A stretch of DNA of 64,000 bases from Planctomycetota bacterium (GCA_965223505.1 CBDCWP010000008.1:64001-128000), one strand, 5' to 3'. Counted from the first letter of the stretch, positions 43,196 through 55,520 are shown. Notes: generated by a model from the sequence alone, not told the origin. A program made the numbers and translations.

Positions 43196-43969
43196 CTACG
43201 CCGGCCGCATCTCGGCGTCCTTGTCCTCGTCCGCATCCAGCTCGGGCATGTAGAACCCCTCCCCGAGATAGGTGCGGCGCACGACCTCGTCGTCGATCAG
43301 CGCCGCGGGCGTGCCGTGCCGCAGGATGCGGCCTTCCGCGATGATGTACGACCGATCGGTGATCGCCAGCGTCTCGCGCACGTTGTGATCCGTCAGGAGA
43401 ATGGCAATGCCCTTCTCCTTCTTGAGCCGGCGCAGGATGCCCTGGATCTCCTGCACGGTGATCGGATCGACGCCCGCGAACGGCTCGTCCAGCAGCAGCA
43501 GCGCCGGATCGTGAATCAGCGCGCGGGCGAGCTCGAGACGACGGCGCTCACCGCCGGAGAGCACCTCGGCCTTGCTCTTGCGAACCGCTTCGAGATCCAG
43601 CTCCCGGATCAGCGAGTCCATCTTCGCCTTGCGCTCCGCGCGACGCATCCGAACGGTCTCGAGCACGGCGAGCAAGTTGTCTTCGACGTTCATGCGCCGG
43701 AAGATGCTCGGCTCCTGGGGCAGGTAGGCGATGCCGCGCCGCGCGCGCTTGTAGATCGGCAGCTTCGACAGGTCCTTGTCGTTGAGGAAGACCTGCCCGT
43801 CGTCGGGCCGGACCATGCCGACGACCATGCGGAACGACGTGGTCTTGCCGGCGCCGTTCGGTCCCAGCAGCCCGACGACCTCTTGCGGATCGACCTGGAA
43901 CGACACGCCGTCGACGACGCGGCGTTGTCGGTAGCTCTTGACCAGCTTGCGGGCTTCGAGGAGGGCCAT
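43196..43969 (-). CDS. lptB: LPS export ABC transporter ATP-binding protein
   Basis: GPNGAGKTTSF, YLPQEPSIFR, LSGGERRRLE, LDEPFAGVDP, TDHNVRETL, YLG. Confidence 0.96.
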   Translation of the reverse strand: MALLEARKLVKSYRQRRVVDGVSFQVDPQEVVGLLGPNGAGKTTSFRMVVGMVRPDDGQVFLNDKDLSKLPIYKRARRGIAYLPQEPSIFRRMNVEDNLLAVLETVRMRRAERKAKMDSLIRELDLEAVRKSKAEVLSGGERRRLELARALIHDPALLLLDEPFAGVDPITVQEIQGILRRLKKEKGIAILLTDHNVRETLAITDRSYIIAEGRILRHGTPAALIDDEVVRRTYLGEGFYMPELDADEDKDAEMRPA

Positions 43970-43995
43970 CGTTGGAGACGAATGATAGGGGCGAT

Positions 43996-45482
43996 CTAGT
44001 GAATGAAGCGGAGTCGTCCGGGCGGGTCCGGCGTCAACGGCCAGAAGATCAGGAACGCCCTGCCGATGATCAGGTCCCGCCACACGAACGGCATCGGCCG
44101 CGTCGTCGTGCCCTTCGTGCGGTCCACGTCACTGCGCCGCCAGACCCGGGTCACGCCTTCCCAGTCCACCACGGTTCGCATGCCGCTCTTGCCCGGCACC
44201 GCGCGCGGCGACTCGTCGTAGTGGATTTTCGTGCCGTCCTTCAGATGCAGCGTCTTGATCGACCACTTCCGGCTGTCGCTGCTGTGCTTCGTGTTGTCGC
44301 CCAGCACGAAGTAATTCTCGTCCGGGATCTCGATGCCTTCGCGCTCCCACCGGCGGTTGCTCGCGAAATCGTTCTCGTAGAACAGGTCGCGGTCGATGAC
44401 CAGATTGCGCACCGACACGGGATGGTTGCGCGCCGTGACCGTGAGGTAGTTGGTGTTGTTCTGCGGCGCGTCGTCGTCGATCGTGCGCCCGTCCGGCAGC
44501 ACCGCGACCTCGTCGCCGTCGATGCGCACGCGCAGGTCCCCGTCCACGAACTCCATCGTGAGGTCGAACGCCTTGCCCGGACGCAACGTGACGTCGAGCG
44601 ACCTCTCGACGACGCGCGACGCGCCCCGCTGCACGTAGGCGACGGACGACTTCGCGCCCAGCTCGACGACCGCCTGCCACACGCCGTCCGGCTTCCAGGC
44701 GAACGTCAGCCCCGCCATCGGCTCCGGAACCTCGGAGCGGGCGGCGGGCACGATGTGCGCGCGCACACGGATGTCGCGCACCATGTTGGCGAAGTGACCG
44801 CCCTTCCAGCTCTCCGGCGTCGAGCTGTCGAAGATGCCGTTGACGTTCGTCAAGCTCGCGGCTTCCCCGCCGACGAAGTAGAACTCGTCCGTCGCCTCGA
44901 GCACCCATGACGACATGCCGAGATCGCCCCGCCATGCGTCGGACGGATCGGCCTCCGGCGCGTACGGCGGGTACACGCGGAAGTAGAGCTGCTCGCGTAC
45001 GCGCTCGTTCTTGCGCGCGATCGCGAAGTGCTCCTGTCCCCGCTTCCGGATCCAGATGTCGCCCTGATGAATGCGCAGATGCTCGCCGGGCAAGCCCACG
45101 ATGCGCTTGATGAAGTTGCGCGCGCGCTGCAGGGGGTAATGGAAGACGGGAATCTCCCATCGATCCGGTTCCGCGAAGAGGTACGCGACCTTGTTCACCA
45201 GGATGCGATCGCCGACACCCTCGGCGCTGCTGCCTTTGCCGAGCAGCGTGGGCCGCATCGACCCCGTCGGGATCTTGAACGCCTCGACGCAGAAGTGCTT
45301 GATGATCAGCGCCATCACGATCGCGACGGCGAACGCCTCGATGTTGTCCTTGATGAACGCCAGCGCCCCTTGCGTCGTCGGCATCGGCTGCGGCTCGTCC
45401 GGCTCGACGCTCAACTGCACCGGCCCCTCTTCCTGCTCAGGCTCGGCAGCGTCGCCGCCGCGTTCCTCGGGCGCGGGGAAGA

Positions 45483-45486
<4 letters not shown>
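43996..45486 (-). CDS. lepB: Signal peptidase I with large insertion
   Basis: EAFKIPTGSM.PTL, GDRILVNK, NFIKRIVGLPG, YFVLGDN...SSDSR.W, IIGRAF.IFWP. Confidence 0.94.
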
Positions 45487-47312
<1,826 letters not shown>

Positions 47313-47352
47313 CGGGCGGGATTGTAGGGGCGATCTCGCGGTCCCCTTGGGA

Positions 47353-47937
47353 CTACCGGAGGCGCTCCACGAGCGCGCGCAGCGCATTGCCGCGGTGGCT
47401 CAAGGCGTTCTTGGCGTCGGCGCCGAGCTCGGAGAGGCGCACGCCGCTCGGCGGATGGAAGAACAGCGGGTCGTAGCCGAATCCACCGTCCCCCTTGGCC
47501 GGCCAGCGAATGACACCCTCGACCGTTCCCTCGGCTTCGGCGAGCACCGACCCGTCCGGCGCGGCGACGATCACGTAGCACACGAAACGTGCCGCCGGGT
47601 CCGTGACGCCCAGCGCTTCGAGCCGTTCGATCAACAGGGCGTTGTTCGCCGCGTCGTCGCCGTCCTCACCCGCGTACCGCGCCGAGCGCACGCCCGGCTC
47701 GCCGTCGAGCGCGTCGACGACGAGTCCCGAGTCGTCCGCCAGCGCCGGCGCGTTCAGGTGGGCCGCGATGGCCGCGGCCTTCAGCAACGCGTTGGCGCGA
47801 AACGTCGAACCGGTCTCTTCCACGTGCGGAAGGTCCTCGGCCACCCGCACCTCGACGTCGAGCGGCGCGAGGATCTGGCGGATCTCGCGGACCTTGTGCG
47901 GGTTGTTCGTAGCGAGGTAGAGCGGACGGAGCGACAT
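47353..47937 (-). CDS. rdgB: Non-canonical purine NTP pyrophosphatase (RdgB/HAM1)
   Basis: ATNNPHKVRE, ADDSGL.VDAL.G.PGVRSARY, GFGYDPLF, KNALSHRG. Confidence 0.97.
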   Translation of the reverse strand: MSLRPLYLATNNPHKVREIRQILAPLDVEVRVAEDLPHVEETGSTFRANALLKAAAIAAHLNAPALADDSGLVVDALDGEPGVRSARYAGEDGDDAANNALLIERLEALGVTDPAARFVCYVIVAAPDGSVLAEAEGTVEGVIRWPAKGDGGFGYDPLFFHPPSGVRLSELGADAKNALSHRGNALRALVERLR

Positions 47938-47940
47938 CGG

Positions 47941-48669
47941 CTACGCGAGCGGCGCCGCCATCGCGGCCTTCGAAATGTCGAGCGTCTGCTGAATGCCCGA
48001 GCGCGCGAGGTCGAGCAGCTTCGTCAGCTCGTCGGCATCGAACGGGCGGCTCTCCCCCGTGCCCTGAATCTCGAGGAACCGTCCGGATGCGGTCATCACG
48101 ACGTTCATGTCCACGTCGGCGCCGCTGTCCTCGACGTAGTCGAGATCGGCGAGCGGAACGCCCTTGACGATGCCGACGGAGATCGCGCCCACCGGGTCGA
48201 TGATCGGCCACTTGTCGAGCGGCTTCTTGAACATGTAGGTCCGCAACGCGTCGCACAGCGCGACGTAGGCGGCGTTGATGCTCGCGGTGCGCGTTCCGCC
48301 GTCGGCCTGCAGCACGTCGCAGTCGAGCCAGACCGTGCGCTCGCCGAGCGCCCGCATGTCCGTGACGCCGCGCAGGACGCGCCCGATCAGGCGCTGGATC
48401 TCCTGCGTGCGACCGTCGATCCGCCCCGTCGAGCGGGATCGCGGCTTGCGGTCGCCCGTCGAGCCGGGCAGCATCGCGTACTCGGCCGTGACCCAACCCT
48501 TGCCGCGCCCCATCATCCACTTGGGGACCCGTTCCTCGATCGATGCGGTACAGAAGACGTGGGTGTCCCCGCAGCGATAGAGCACGGATCCCGGGGCGGA
48601 GCGGGTGAAGCGGCGCGTGATCTCGACCGGGCGGATCTGCCCGGGCTCGCGCCCGTCGTGGCGGCTCAT
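47941..48669 (-). CDS. rph: Ribonuclease PH
   Basis: GWVTAEYAMLP, GRTQEIQRLIGR, DCDVLQADGGTRTASI, DLDYVEDS. Confidence 0.98.
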   Translation of the reverse strand: MSRHDGREPGQIRPVEITRRFTRSAPGSVLYRCGDTHVFCTASIEERVPKWMMGRGKGWVTAEYAMLPGSTGDRKPRSRSTGRIDGRTQEIQRLIGRVLRGVTDMRALGERTVWLDCDVLQADGGTRTASINAAYVALCDALRTYMFKKPLDKWPIIDPVGAISVGIVKGVPLADLDYVEDSGADVDMNVVMTASGRFLEIQGTGESRPFDADELTKLLDLARSGIQQTLDISKAAMAAPLA

Positions 48670-48807
48670 CGAGGAACTCCAGGGGGGGCCGGAATCCTAC
48701 CTCCGGCCCGGCCGCGAGCGGGGTCAAGTCGGACCCCCCGAAACGCCGATAGCGACACCGGGCGAAGGAAGTGAGGCCGTAGGGACACTGCAGGCCAACC
48801 CCCCCCT

Positions 48808-49107
48808 ATGGTCAAATCCGCCGTTCCGTCTCCCCGCGTCACCGTGCACAGCGGAAGCCGCCGCCTCGAAGCGCTGCCCGTGCTGCTACGGGGGGACGAA
48901 GCCTCCCTCGTCATGAAGACGGTGCCGCCCACGCAGGAGCTCGACCTCGTCCTCAGCTGGCCGGACGGACGCACCACACATCTCGACACGCGCTTGCGCG
49001 CCGTCGACGGCGGCGGACGGATCGCGCATCTCGCCGTCGTCGGCGTACGCGACGCGTGGGAGCCCTTCCTCGAGTACCTCGGCCGCGCGTCGGCAGAGGG
49101 GCGATAG
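48808..49107 (+). CDS. Small hypothetical protein, possible PilZ-like beta fold
   Basis: Beta-rich 99-aa ORF with host-like codon usage and terminal helix (WEPFLEYL); fold is a guess. Confidence 0.55.
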   Translation: MVKSAVPSPRVTVHSGSRRLEALPVLLRGDEASLVMKTVPPTQELDLVLSWPDGRTTHLDTRLRAVDGGGRIAHLAVVGVRDAWEPFLEYLGRASAEGR

Positions 49108-49234
49108 CGCCCCGCCGCCCGCCTCGAGGCGTCCGACATCGAAAAGTGAGGGGACCGCGATCGGTGGCGGGCCCGCGTCGCTACCTCCTGTGGACCCCAG
49201 AGGTTCGTTCTCAGCACGGAGGAGATTCCCCATC

Positions 49235-49642
49235 ATGCGAACCAGCCAAGTTCGTCGCCTATTGCTCGTGTTTTCACTGTTGGCGTTCGTTTGCGCGCCC
49301 TGTCTGTCCACCCACGCCCCGGTTGCGTCGGCCGACCCGACCTGGGTGCCGATCTTCGACGACATGATCGTCGCGAGCATCCGGCCCGGGAACGGCGCCG
49401 AGATTCGAATCGTCGAGGCCTCGAAGGGCCCGGATCTCGAGAATGCCGTCGGCGGGAAGGCGAGCTACGACCGCCTCGATGCCGTCCTCTCCGACCTGGC
49501 CGGCGTGACGGCGGTCCGCACGGACGGCTGCTACGTCGCCGGATCTGCCGGCCTGTCGATGCTGGCGGCCGCCGGACTCACGAATGACACGGACCTCCCG
49601 TCCGACGTCGCCGGGCTGAGCCACGCTCGCCGCTCGGACTGA
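49235..49642 (+). CDS. Secreted hypothetical protein
   Basis: SD GGAG; signal peptide MRTSQVRRLLLVFSLLAFVCAPCLSTHAPVASA. Confidence 0.62.
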   Translation: MRTSQVRRLLLVFSLLAFVCAPCLSTHAPVASADPTWVPIFDDMIVASIRPGNGAEIRIVEASKGPDLENAVGGKASYDRLDAVLSDLAGVTAVRTDGCYVAGSAGLSMLAAAGLTNDTDLPSDVAGLSHARRSD

Positions 49643-49655
49643 GCGTCACCGAGGC

Positions 49656-49680
49656 GAGGCGAGGGGGCGCCCCTCGCCTC
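49656..49680. terminator. Hairpin between convergent genes
   Basis: GAGGCGAGGGG-gcg-CCCCTCGCCTC, 11-bp stem; no U-tract. Confidence 0.5.
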
Positions 49681-49687
49681 CAGCCCA

Positions 49688-50206
49688 CTAGCCGCGCCAC
49701 CACGACAGATTCACGTCCCGCCGAATCGTCTCGGCGAGGATGCCGAGGTCCGCTCGGCTCTCGCGAATGTCCTGCAGGTTGATCTCGTGCACCGGTTTCC
49801 AGAACCGGGGGCGCAGGATGAAGAGGAGGCCGCGCTGCAGCGCGGTCTCCACGACCCACCTGCGTTGGGTGTCGCGATTGGCCATCTCCAGCGAGGTGAG
49901 CAGCCGCTCCAGGTCCTCCAGCCCTCCCGCCTCCAGGCGGAGGAAGACGAAGGGGAACTCCTTCGTGCTCTCCCGACCGGCGGACGCGGACGCGACCCGG
50001 AACGTCGGCACGAGCTCGAGCGCCCGCACCAGGGGGTAGACGAGGACGTTGAACCCGCGCTCGCGGGCCTCCTCGATCTCCTCCATGTGTTCCACCGCCG
50101 CCGGGTCGCCGTGCAGGTGGCCGCACAGACCGCACTGCTCGAATTCGATGCCGCTCACGAGCGTCGGCTCGAGCCGGCGGCTCCCGCACTCCTCACAAAC
50201 CGCCAT
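49688..50206 (-). CDS. Hypothetical protein with N-terminal zinc ribbon
   Basis: MAVCEECG...EQCGLCG; begins 2 nt after the dapF stop. Confidence 0.72.
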   Translation of the reverse strand: MAVCEECGSRRLEPTLVSGIEFEQCGLCGHLHGDPAAVEHMEEIEEARERGFNVLVYPLVRALELVPTFRVASASAGRESTKEFPFVFLRLEAGGLEDLERLLTSLEMANRDTQRRWVVETALQRGLLFILRPRFWKPVHEINLQDIRESRADLGILAETIRRDVNLSWWRG

Positions 50207-50208
50207 TT

Positions 50209-51060
50209 TCAAGCTTCTCCCGGCCACCGGCCTTCGAACACGTCGACGGTCGGCCCGCGCAGATACACCTGCCCGTCGTCGGCCCATCGCACCTGCAGCG
50301 TGCCGCCGTTCAGCTCCACGGCGACCTCGCGGTCCGTGCGCCCGGTCAGCGCGCCCGCGACCACGGCGGCGCAGGCGCCGGTGCCGCACGCCTCGGTCTC
50401 GCCGCAGCCGCGCTCCCATGTCCGCTGGCGAATCCGGTTCCGCCCCAGCACCTGGACGAACTCGACGTTTACCCGCTCAGGAAAGGCGGCATGGGTCTCC
50501 AGCGCCGGGCCGAGCGTCGTCACCGGGGCCGACGCGACGGCGTCGACGAAGGTGACGGCGTGCGGGTTGCCCATCGAGACCGCCGTGATCCGCAGCGTCT
50601 CGCCGTCCAGGGCGAGCGCCTCCTCGACCGCGCGTCCCTCGCCCTGCATCGGCAGCGAGCTGCGCTCCAGGCCCGGCGCGCCCATGTCGATCGTGACGTC
50701 GCGCGTTCCGTCCGGCGCCGTGGCGTGCATCTCGACGCCCAGGACGCCGGCGCCCGTCTCGGCCGTGAAATGCGTCCGATCGCCGATCCAGCCCCGCTCG
50801 TGGACGAATCGGGCCGCGCAGCGCAGGCCGTTCCCGCACATCTCGGCCTCCGAGCCGTCGACGTTGAACATCCGCATCCGGAAGTCCGCGTCGTCACTCG
50901 GCATGACGAGGATGAGGCCGTCGGCGCCGACGCCGCGGCGGCGGTCCGTCGTTCGCCGCGCCAGGCCGGTCGGGTCGGCGACCAGGTGCGTCTTGGCGTC
51001 GACGACGACGTAGTCGTTGCCGCAGCCGTGCATCTTGGTGAAGGGCAGGGACTCGCTCAC
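50209..51060 (-). CDS. dapF: Diaminopimelate epimerase
   Basis: FTKMHGCGNDY, GVGADG, AEMCGNG.RC, SMGNPH, NVEF, WERGCGET.ACGTGACA. Confidence 0.98.
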   Translation of the reverse strand: MSESLPFTKMHGCGNDYVVVDAKTHLVADPTGLARRTTDRRRGVGADGLILVMPSDDADFRMRMFNVDGSEAEMCGNGLRCAARFVHERGWIGDRTHFTAETGAGVLGVEMHATAPDGTRDVTIDMGAPGLERSSLPMQGEGRAVEEALALDGETLRITAVSMGNPHAVTFVDAVASAPVTTLGPALETHAAFPERVNVEFVQVLGRNRIRQRTWERGCGETEACGTGACAAVVAGALTGRTDREVAVELNGGTLQVRWADDGQVYLRGPTVDVFEGRWPGEA

Positions 51061-51360
51061 CGGACGTCGGCGCTCCGCTCGCCCGCGCCTGTCGCGTGCG
51101 AGTTCCACAGGGTAGGGGCGTTCCCGCCACCGGCGAAGTGTCGCATAACGGGACGGATGCCCGGGCTGACGCTCCCAGGCCCGCCGAATGGGGCGTCGAA
51201 GGGCCCGTGACGCCGAAAAACCGGGCGCGTCGGTGGAGCCGCCGCGGTTAGCTTGTATCCCGCGGGTTTTGGCTGGCCCGCGCATGAGTACCAGGAATTT
51301 CCAGCACGTGAGCGTGGTCGTTGCGCCCAGGGGGGGCGTGTGCAGTCCCGTTTCGCGTGC

Positions 51361-54144
51361 ATGATCGACGTGCACCCCATTGACCACCTCTCCGACGTGC
51401 TGGCGAGTGATCGACCGCCGCACGAACGGCGTCGCCTCCTGCGCGAAGCCGATCCGGACACCGAGACCCTCAACGGGCTCGTGGACGAGGCCGTCCGACT
51501 GCGCAGCACGGAGCCGGTGGGCGCCGAGCGGATCTCGCGGTCCGTGCTGGCGGTCGGGCGCGCCAAGAACCTCTCGGCGCTGACGCTACACGCCAGCCGC
51601 ACGCTCGCGCAGATCGAGATCGTCCGCGGCAAGCCGCGCAACGCACTGCGCATGTTGCGCAAGCTCAGTCCCGTCATCTCGCACCATCAGGAGGCGTCGG
51701 TCGTCCTCGAGCTCGCGCAGACCCTCGCACTGCTGGGGCGACGAAGTGAAGCGCTGCAGGCGATCGCGGATGCGCGCACACGGCTGCCCAAGGACGGTGC
51801 GTTGCGACAGCTCGCGATGCTCGACCTGGGCGAGGCCACGATCCTGGCGGACAACGGCGATCTCGAGGGCGCGCTCGGACTGATGAACCGTGGCCGGCGC
51901 GGCATGCTCCAGTCGGGATCGAAGAACACGACCATCGCGTCGATCGACATCAACCGCGCGACGGTGCTCAGCACCATGGGCCGCTACGACCAGGCGGCAT
52001 CGACCTATCGGCGCACCATCCGCCAGCTCAACGCCGACGGACAGGTCGCGCTCGAGCTTCAAGCGCGGTTCAACATGTCGTGCCTCGAGGTCTTCCGCGG
52101 GAACTACCACCACGCGCTGCACGGCTTCCGCGGCCTGCGCTCGCGATTCCGGGAGATCGGGGACGACCGGCACATCGCCGAGTGCGACCTGGCGGAAGCC
52201 GAGGTCAACCTCGTCCTGAATCTTCCGACGCAGACGGTCTCGCTTGCGACCCGTGCGGAAACGACGTTCAAGCGCCTCGGCCTCGAGGACGAGCGGGCGA
52301 AGGCGAGCTTCTTGTCCGCGGTCGCGGCCCGCGCGCTCGGCCGCACCAGCGAGGCCATGCACAGGCTGGAGCAGGCGCGCCGCACCTTCCAGGCCAGCGG
52401 CTGCCGCACGTGGGAGGCGATGTCGCTTCACCGCCTGGCCGAGTCCGATCGCGATATGGGGTTGATGGGCGCCGCGGCGACGCGCGCCGCGCGGGCCGCC
52501 CAGATGCTGCGCCATCAGGGGTTGCACGAACGCGCCGGACACGCCGAGGTGCTGCTGGCCCGCATCGAGATCGAGATGGGCGAGGTCGAGAACGGCCACC
52601 GCCGCCTCCAGCGCGTCATCGACGACACGCCGATTCGCCAGAGTCCCTGGCTTCGCTGCGAAGCGCATCACCACCTCGCGCTGGCCGAAGAGGCGATCGG
52701 TGAGACCGGCCGCGCGGTGCGCAACGTTCTGCGGGCCACCAAGATCCTCGAACGGCACCGGCTCGCGATCCCGCCGGACGAGTACATGGCCGCGTTTCTC
52801 AACGGCCGCGCCCGGTTGTTCGAGGACGCCGTGCGTCTGGTGCTGAAGCACGGTGGTCAGGCTGCGCCGCGCCGCGCGTTCGAGCTCACCGAGCAGGCCC
52901 GCGCCCGCGCCTTGCTCGACATGCTTCGTGGCCGCGCGTCGGTCGCGGCGCCCGAGCGCGGCGACGACGACGGGCTGTCCCAGATCCGCACCGTTCGACT
53001 GCCGCAGCTCAAGGACAAGGCCAACGTGAAGCCCGCCTCCGAGAGCGGGGCGGGCATGCCGCGCCGGCTCGCGAATCTCGCGCTCGAGCGGCCGCGTCCC
53101 GCGCGCAGCCGCGGCGCGACGCCGCCCCGGCTGCACGAGGTGGCCAAGCGGCTGCCGTCGGACACGACGCTGGTCGAGTACTTCCTCAGCGGCGACGAGC
53201 TGCTGACGTACGTCCTGCAAGACGGGAAGCTGAAGCTTCGTAGGCGCGGCCTGCCACGCAGCGCTTTGCGCCGCGTGCTGAGCCGGATGCAGTACCAGCT
53301 CGACCGACCGAACGTCGAGGAGCACCGCAAGAGCGGCGGGCGGCCGTTGCGTTCCGCGTTGGCGGTGCTCGACGAGCTCAACGACATCCTGCTCGGCTCG
53401 GATCGCGACAGCCTCGACTGCGAACGGATCGTGATCGTCCCCCACGGCGAGCTGCACGGCGTTCCGTTCGCCGCGCTGACGTGCGCGGGCAGTCCGCTGA
53501 TCGAGGAGTACGAGGTCGTGACGGCGCCCAGCGCGGCCATCTACCTGCACTGTCTCGACGCGCGCACCAGCGACGGACAGGACAACCTGTTCCTGGGGGT
53601 TTCCGACGCAGGGCGGCCGTACGTCAACCGCGAGGTCAGCTCGCTCGTGTCCCTGCTGCCGAACTCGAGCTCGCTGCTGGACGAGGCGGCGTCGCGCGCG
53701 GCGTTGCGCGAGCGCGGCGAGCGAGCCCGAACGATCCACATCAGCGCGCACTCGGAGTATCGCCACGACGACCCGATGGAGTCGCGCGTCCTACTCTCGG
53801 ACGGTTGGCTCACGGTGCCGCAGATCTACTCCATGAAGCTGCGCCCCGAGCTGCTCGTCCTCTCCGGGAGCGCCACCGGGCGCGCGGCCGTCACCGACGG
53901 CGGCGACTTGTTCGGACTCGCGCGCGGCTTCCTGTTCGCGGGCGCCTCCAGCCTGCTGACCACGTTGTGGGAGGTCTCCGGCGACCGCACCGCGGACTAC
54001 ATGGAGCGTTTCTACCGCTGGTACACCGAGACGGGCTCGGCCGCCGCGGCCATGCGCAAGGCGGCGCTCGAGATCCGCTCCGTCAACCCGCATCCGTACC
54101 ACTGGGCGTCGTTCGTGCTGACCGGACGGGGGTCACCCGGCTAA
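51361..54144 (+). CDS. TPR + CHAT (caspase-like) domain protein, catalytic Cys replaced by Ser
   Basis: TPR array; TTLVEYF, IVPHGELHGVPFAAL, IHISAH, LVLSGSATG, FLFAGA, TLWEV, HPYHWASF. Confidence 0.92.
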   Translation: MIDVHPIDHLSDVLASDRPPHERRRLLREADPDTETLNGLVDEAVRLRSTEPVGAERISRSVLAVGRAKNLSALTLHASRTLAQIEIVRGKPRNALRMLRKLSPVISHHQEASVVLELAQTLALLGRRSEALQAIADARTRLPKDGALRQLAMLDLGEATILADNGDLEGALGLMNRGRRGMLQSGSKNTTIASIDINRATVLSTMGRYDQAASTYRRTIRQLNADGQVALELQARFNMSCLEVFRGNYHHALHGFRGLRSRFREIGDDRHIAECDLAEAEVNLVLNLPTQTVSLATRAETTFKRLGLEDERAKASFLSAVAARALGRTSEAMHRLEQARRTFQASGCRTWEAMSLHRLAESDRDMGLMGAAATRAARAAQMLRHQGLHERAGHAEVLLARIEIEMGEVENGHRRLQRVIDDTPIRQSPWLRCEAHHHLALAEEAIGETGRAVRNVLRATKILERHRLAIPPDEYMAAFLNGRARLFEDAVRLVLKHGGQAAPRRAFELTEQARARALLDMLRGRASVAAPERGDDDGLSQIRTVRLPQLKDKANVKPASESGAGMPRRLANLALERPRPARSRGATPPRLHEVAKRLPSDTTLVEYFLSGDELLTYVLQDGKLKLRRRGLPRSALRRVLSRMQYQLDRPNVEEHRKSGGRPLRSALAVLDELNDILLGSDRDSLDCERIVIVPHGELHGVPFAALTCAGSPLIEEYEVVTAPSAAIYLHCLDARTSDGQDNLFLGVSDAGRPYVNREVSSLVSLLPNSSSLLDEAASRAALRERGERARTIHISAHSEYRHDDPMESRVLLSDGWLTVPQIYSMKLRPELLVLSGSATGRAAVTDGGDLFGLARGFLFAGASSLLTTLWEVSGDRTADYMERFYRWYTETGSAAAAMRKAALEIRSVNPHPYHWASFVLTGRGSPG

Positions 54145-54150
54145 GCGCCG

Positions 54151-55056
54151 CTACGCCGGCCGGATCTTCATCGACAGGTCGAGCGCCGGTGCGCTGTGCG
54201 TCAAGGCGCCGACCGAGATCCGCGCGACGCCCGACGAGGCGTAGGCCTCCACGGCCTCGACGGACACGCCGCCGGTGACCTCGAGCTCGGGGCGCGGTGA
54301 CGGGCGTTGGCGGATGTAGCGCACGGCCCTGCGGATGTCGGACAGGTCGAACTCGTCGAGCATCAGGATCGTCGCGCCGGCTTCCACCGCCGCTTCGAGC
54401 TCCGCCTGGGACTCGACCTCCACGTAGAGCTGCGTTCCGTCCGGCAACGCCGCCTTGCACGCGGCCACGGCGCGGCCGATGGCCTCCGGACCGGTCGTTC
54501 CGTACGCCGCGCGAAGGTGGTTCTCCTTGATCATCGCCGCGTCGGCGAGGTCCATGCGGTGGTTGCGTCCGCCGCCGCAGCGAACGGCGTACTTCTCCAA
54601 CGCGCGCCAGCCCGGTGTCGTCTTGCGTGTGTCGTAGATGCCGGTTCCGGTCGCCATCGTGCCCTCGACGAACCTCGCGGTGAGCGTGGCCACCCCGCTG
54701 AGGTGCCGAATGACGTTGAGCGCCGTGCGCTCGCCCGCGAGCAGCGCCGCGGCGGCGCCGTGAAGCGTCATCAGCGTCGCGCCCGCGCCGACCTGATCCC
54801 CGTCTTCGTATTCGCCTTCGACGGTGATCCCGGGGTCGAGCAGGAGGAACGTCGGCTCGACCAACGGCAGGCCGCAAACGACCCCGGACGCCTTGGCGAC
54901 GATGTCGGCCGTCGCTTGCGCGGACGGTTCGATCAGCGCGGCGACCGTCACGTCGTCTCGGGCCCGGTCCTCCGCCAGCGCCTGCTCGAGCAACGGAAGA
55001 AACGGGGCGAAGTCGAAGCCGACCGGGTCGAAGTCGTCGTCTGACGCGTCGTTCAT
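54151..55056 (-). CDS. nadC: Nicotinate-nucleotide diphosphorylase (carboxylating)
   Basis: ERTALN...SGVAT.T, DTRKTTPG.R.LEKYAV..GGG.NHR, IKENH, EVE, ISVGALTHS. Confidence 0.98.
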   Translation of the reverse strand: MNDASDDDFDPVGFDFAPFLPLLEQALAEDRARDDVTVAALIEPSAQATADIVAKASGVVCGLPLVEPTFLLLDPGITVEGEYEDGDQVGAGATLMTLHGAAAALLAGERTALNVIRHLSGVATLTARFVEGTMATGTGIYDTRKTTPGWRALEKYAVRCGGGRNHRMDLADAAMIKENHLRAAYGTTGPEAIGRAVAACKAALPDGTQLYVEVESQAELEAAVEAGATILMLDEFDLSDIRRAVRYIRQRPSPRPELEVTGGVSVEAVEAYASSGVARISVGALTHSAPALDLSMKIRPA

Positions 55057-55457
55057 GGCGGCATCCTACCGGCGGAGCCTTGGGGAACGTCGGCGGCCCC
55101 GAACGTGATCCGCAGCGCCCGGCATGCGCGCAGCCGGGCGACGGTGCGCGGCCCGAAGCCGGGAATGCGCTCGAGCTCATCGAAGGACCGCAGCGGGCCG
55201 TTCGCGAGTCGGTCGTCCACGATCGCGTAGGCGCGCCGGATGCCGACGCCGGGCAACAACCGCAGCGTCGCGACGTCCGACTGCGAGAGATCGACGAGCA
55301 CCGGCTTCGGCGTCGTCGGCGTACGGCGCGCGCATGCGCCGGCGAGTCCGCCGGCGAGGTGCGCAGCGAGCCCCAGGACGAGAAGGCCGTCGCGCAGCCG
55401 CCGCACGGCGCTGCGTCGCGCACGGCTCACCGGGCATTCGGCGGCGGGCGGGGGCAT
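55053..55457 (-). CDS. ComEA-like helix-hairpin-helix DNA-binding protein with TM anchor
   Basis: LRLLPGVG.RRA.AIV..R..NGP..S.DEL.RIPGFG..TV; start uncertain (55457 ATG or 55430 GTG). Confidence 0.85.
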   Translation of the reverse strand: MPPPAAECPVSRARRSAVRRLRDGLLVLGLAAHLAGGLAGACARRTPTTPKPVLVDLSQSDVATLRLLPGVGIRRAYAIVDDRLANGPLRSFDELERIPGFGPRTVARLRACRALRITFGAADVPQGSAGRMPP

Positions 55458-55520
55458 CCTCCTGTTCCTCGCCGCACGCGGTCCGCCGGTTTCTCCCGCT
55501 GCACGTAGAATCGGCGCGCC

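Noticed and set aside
41188..43236. 682-aa extended EtfA
   Set aside because: The extension runs off-frame through etfB and a REP cluster; EtfA similarity starts at ATG 42156.
47323..47346. Additional REP copy upstream of lepA (GTAGGGGCGATCTCGCGGTCCCC)
   Set aside because: The stem is poor and the GTA overlaps the lepA TACAAT -10 box; may be coincidental or heavily decayed, so it was not counted.
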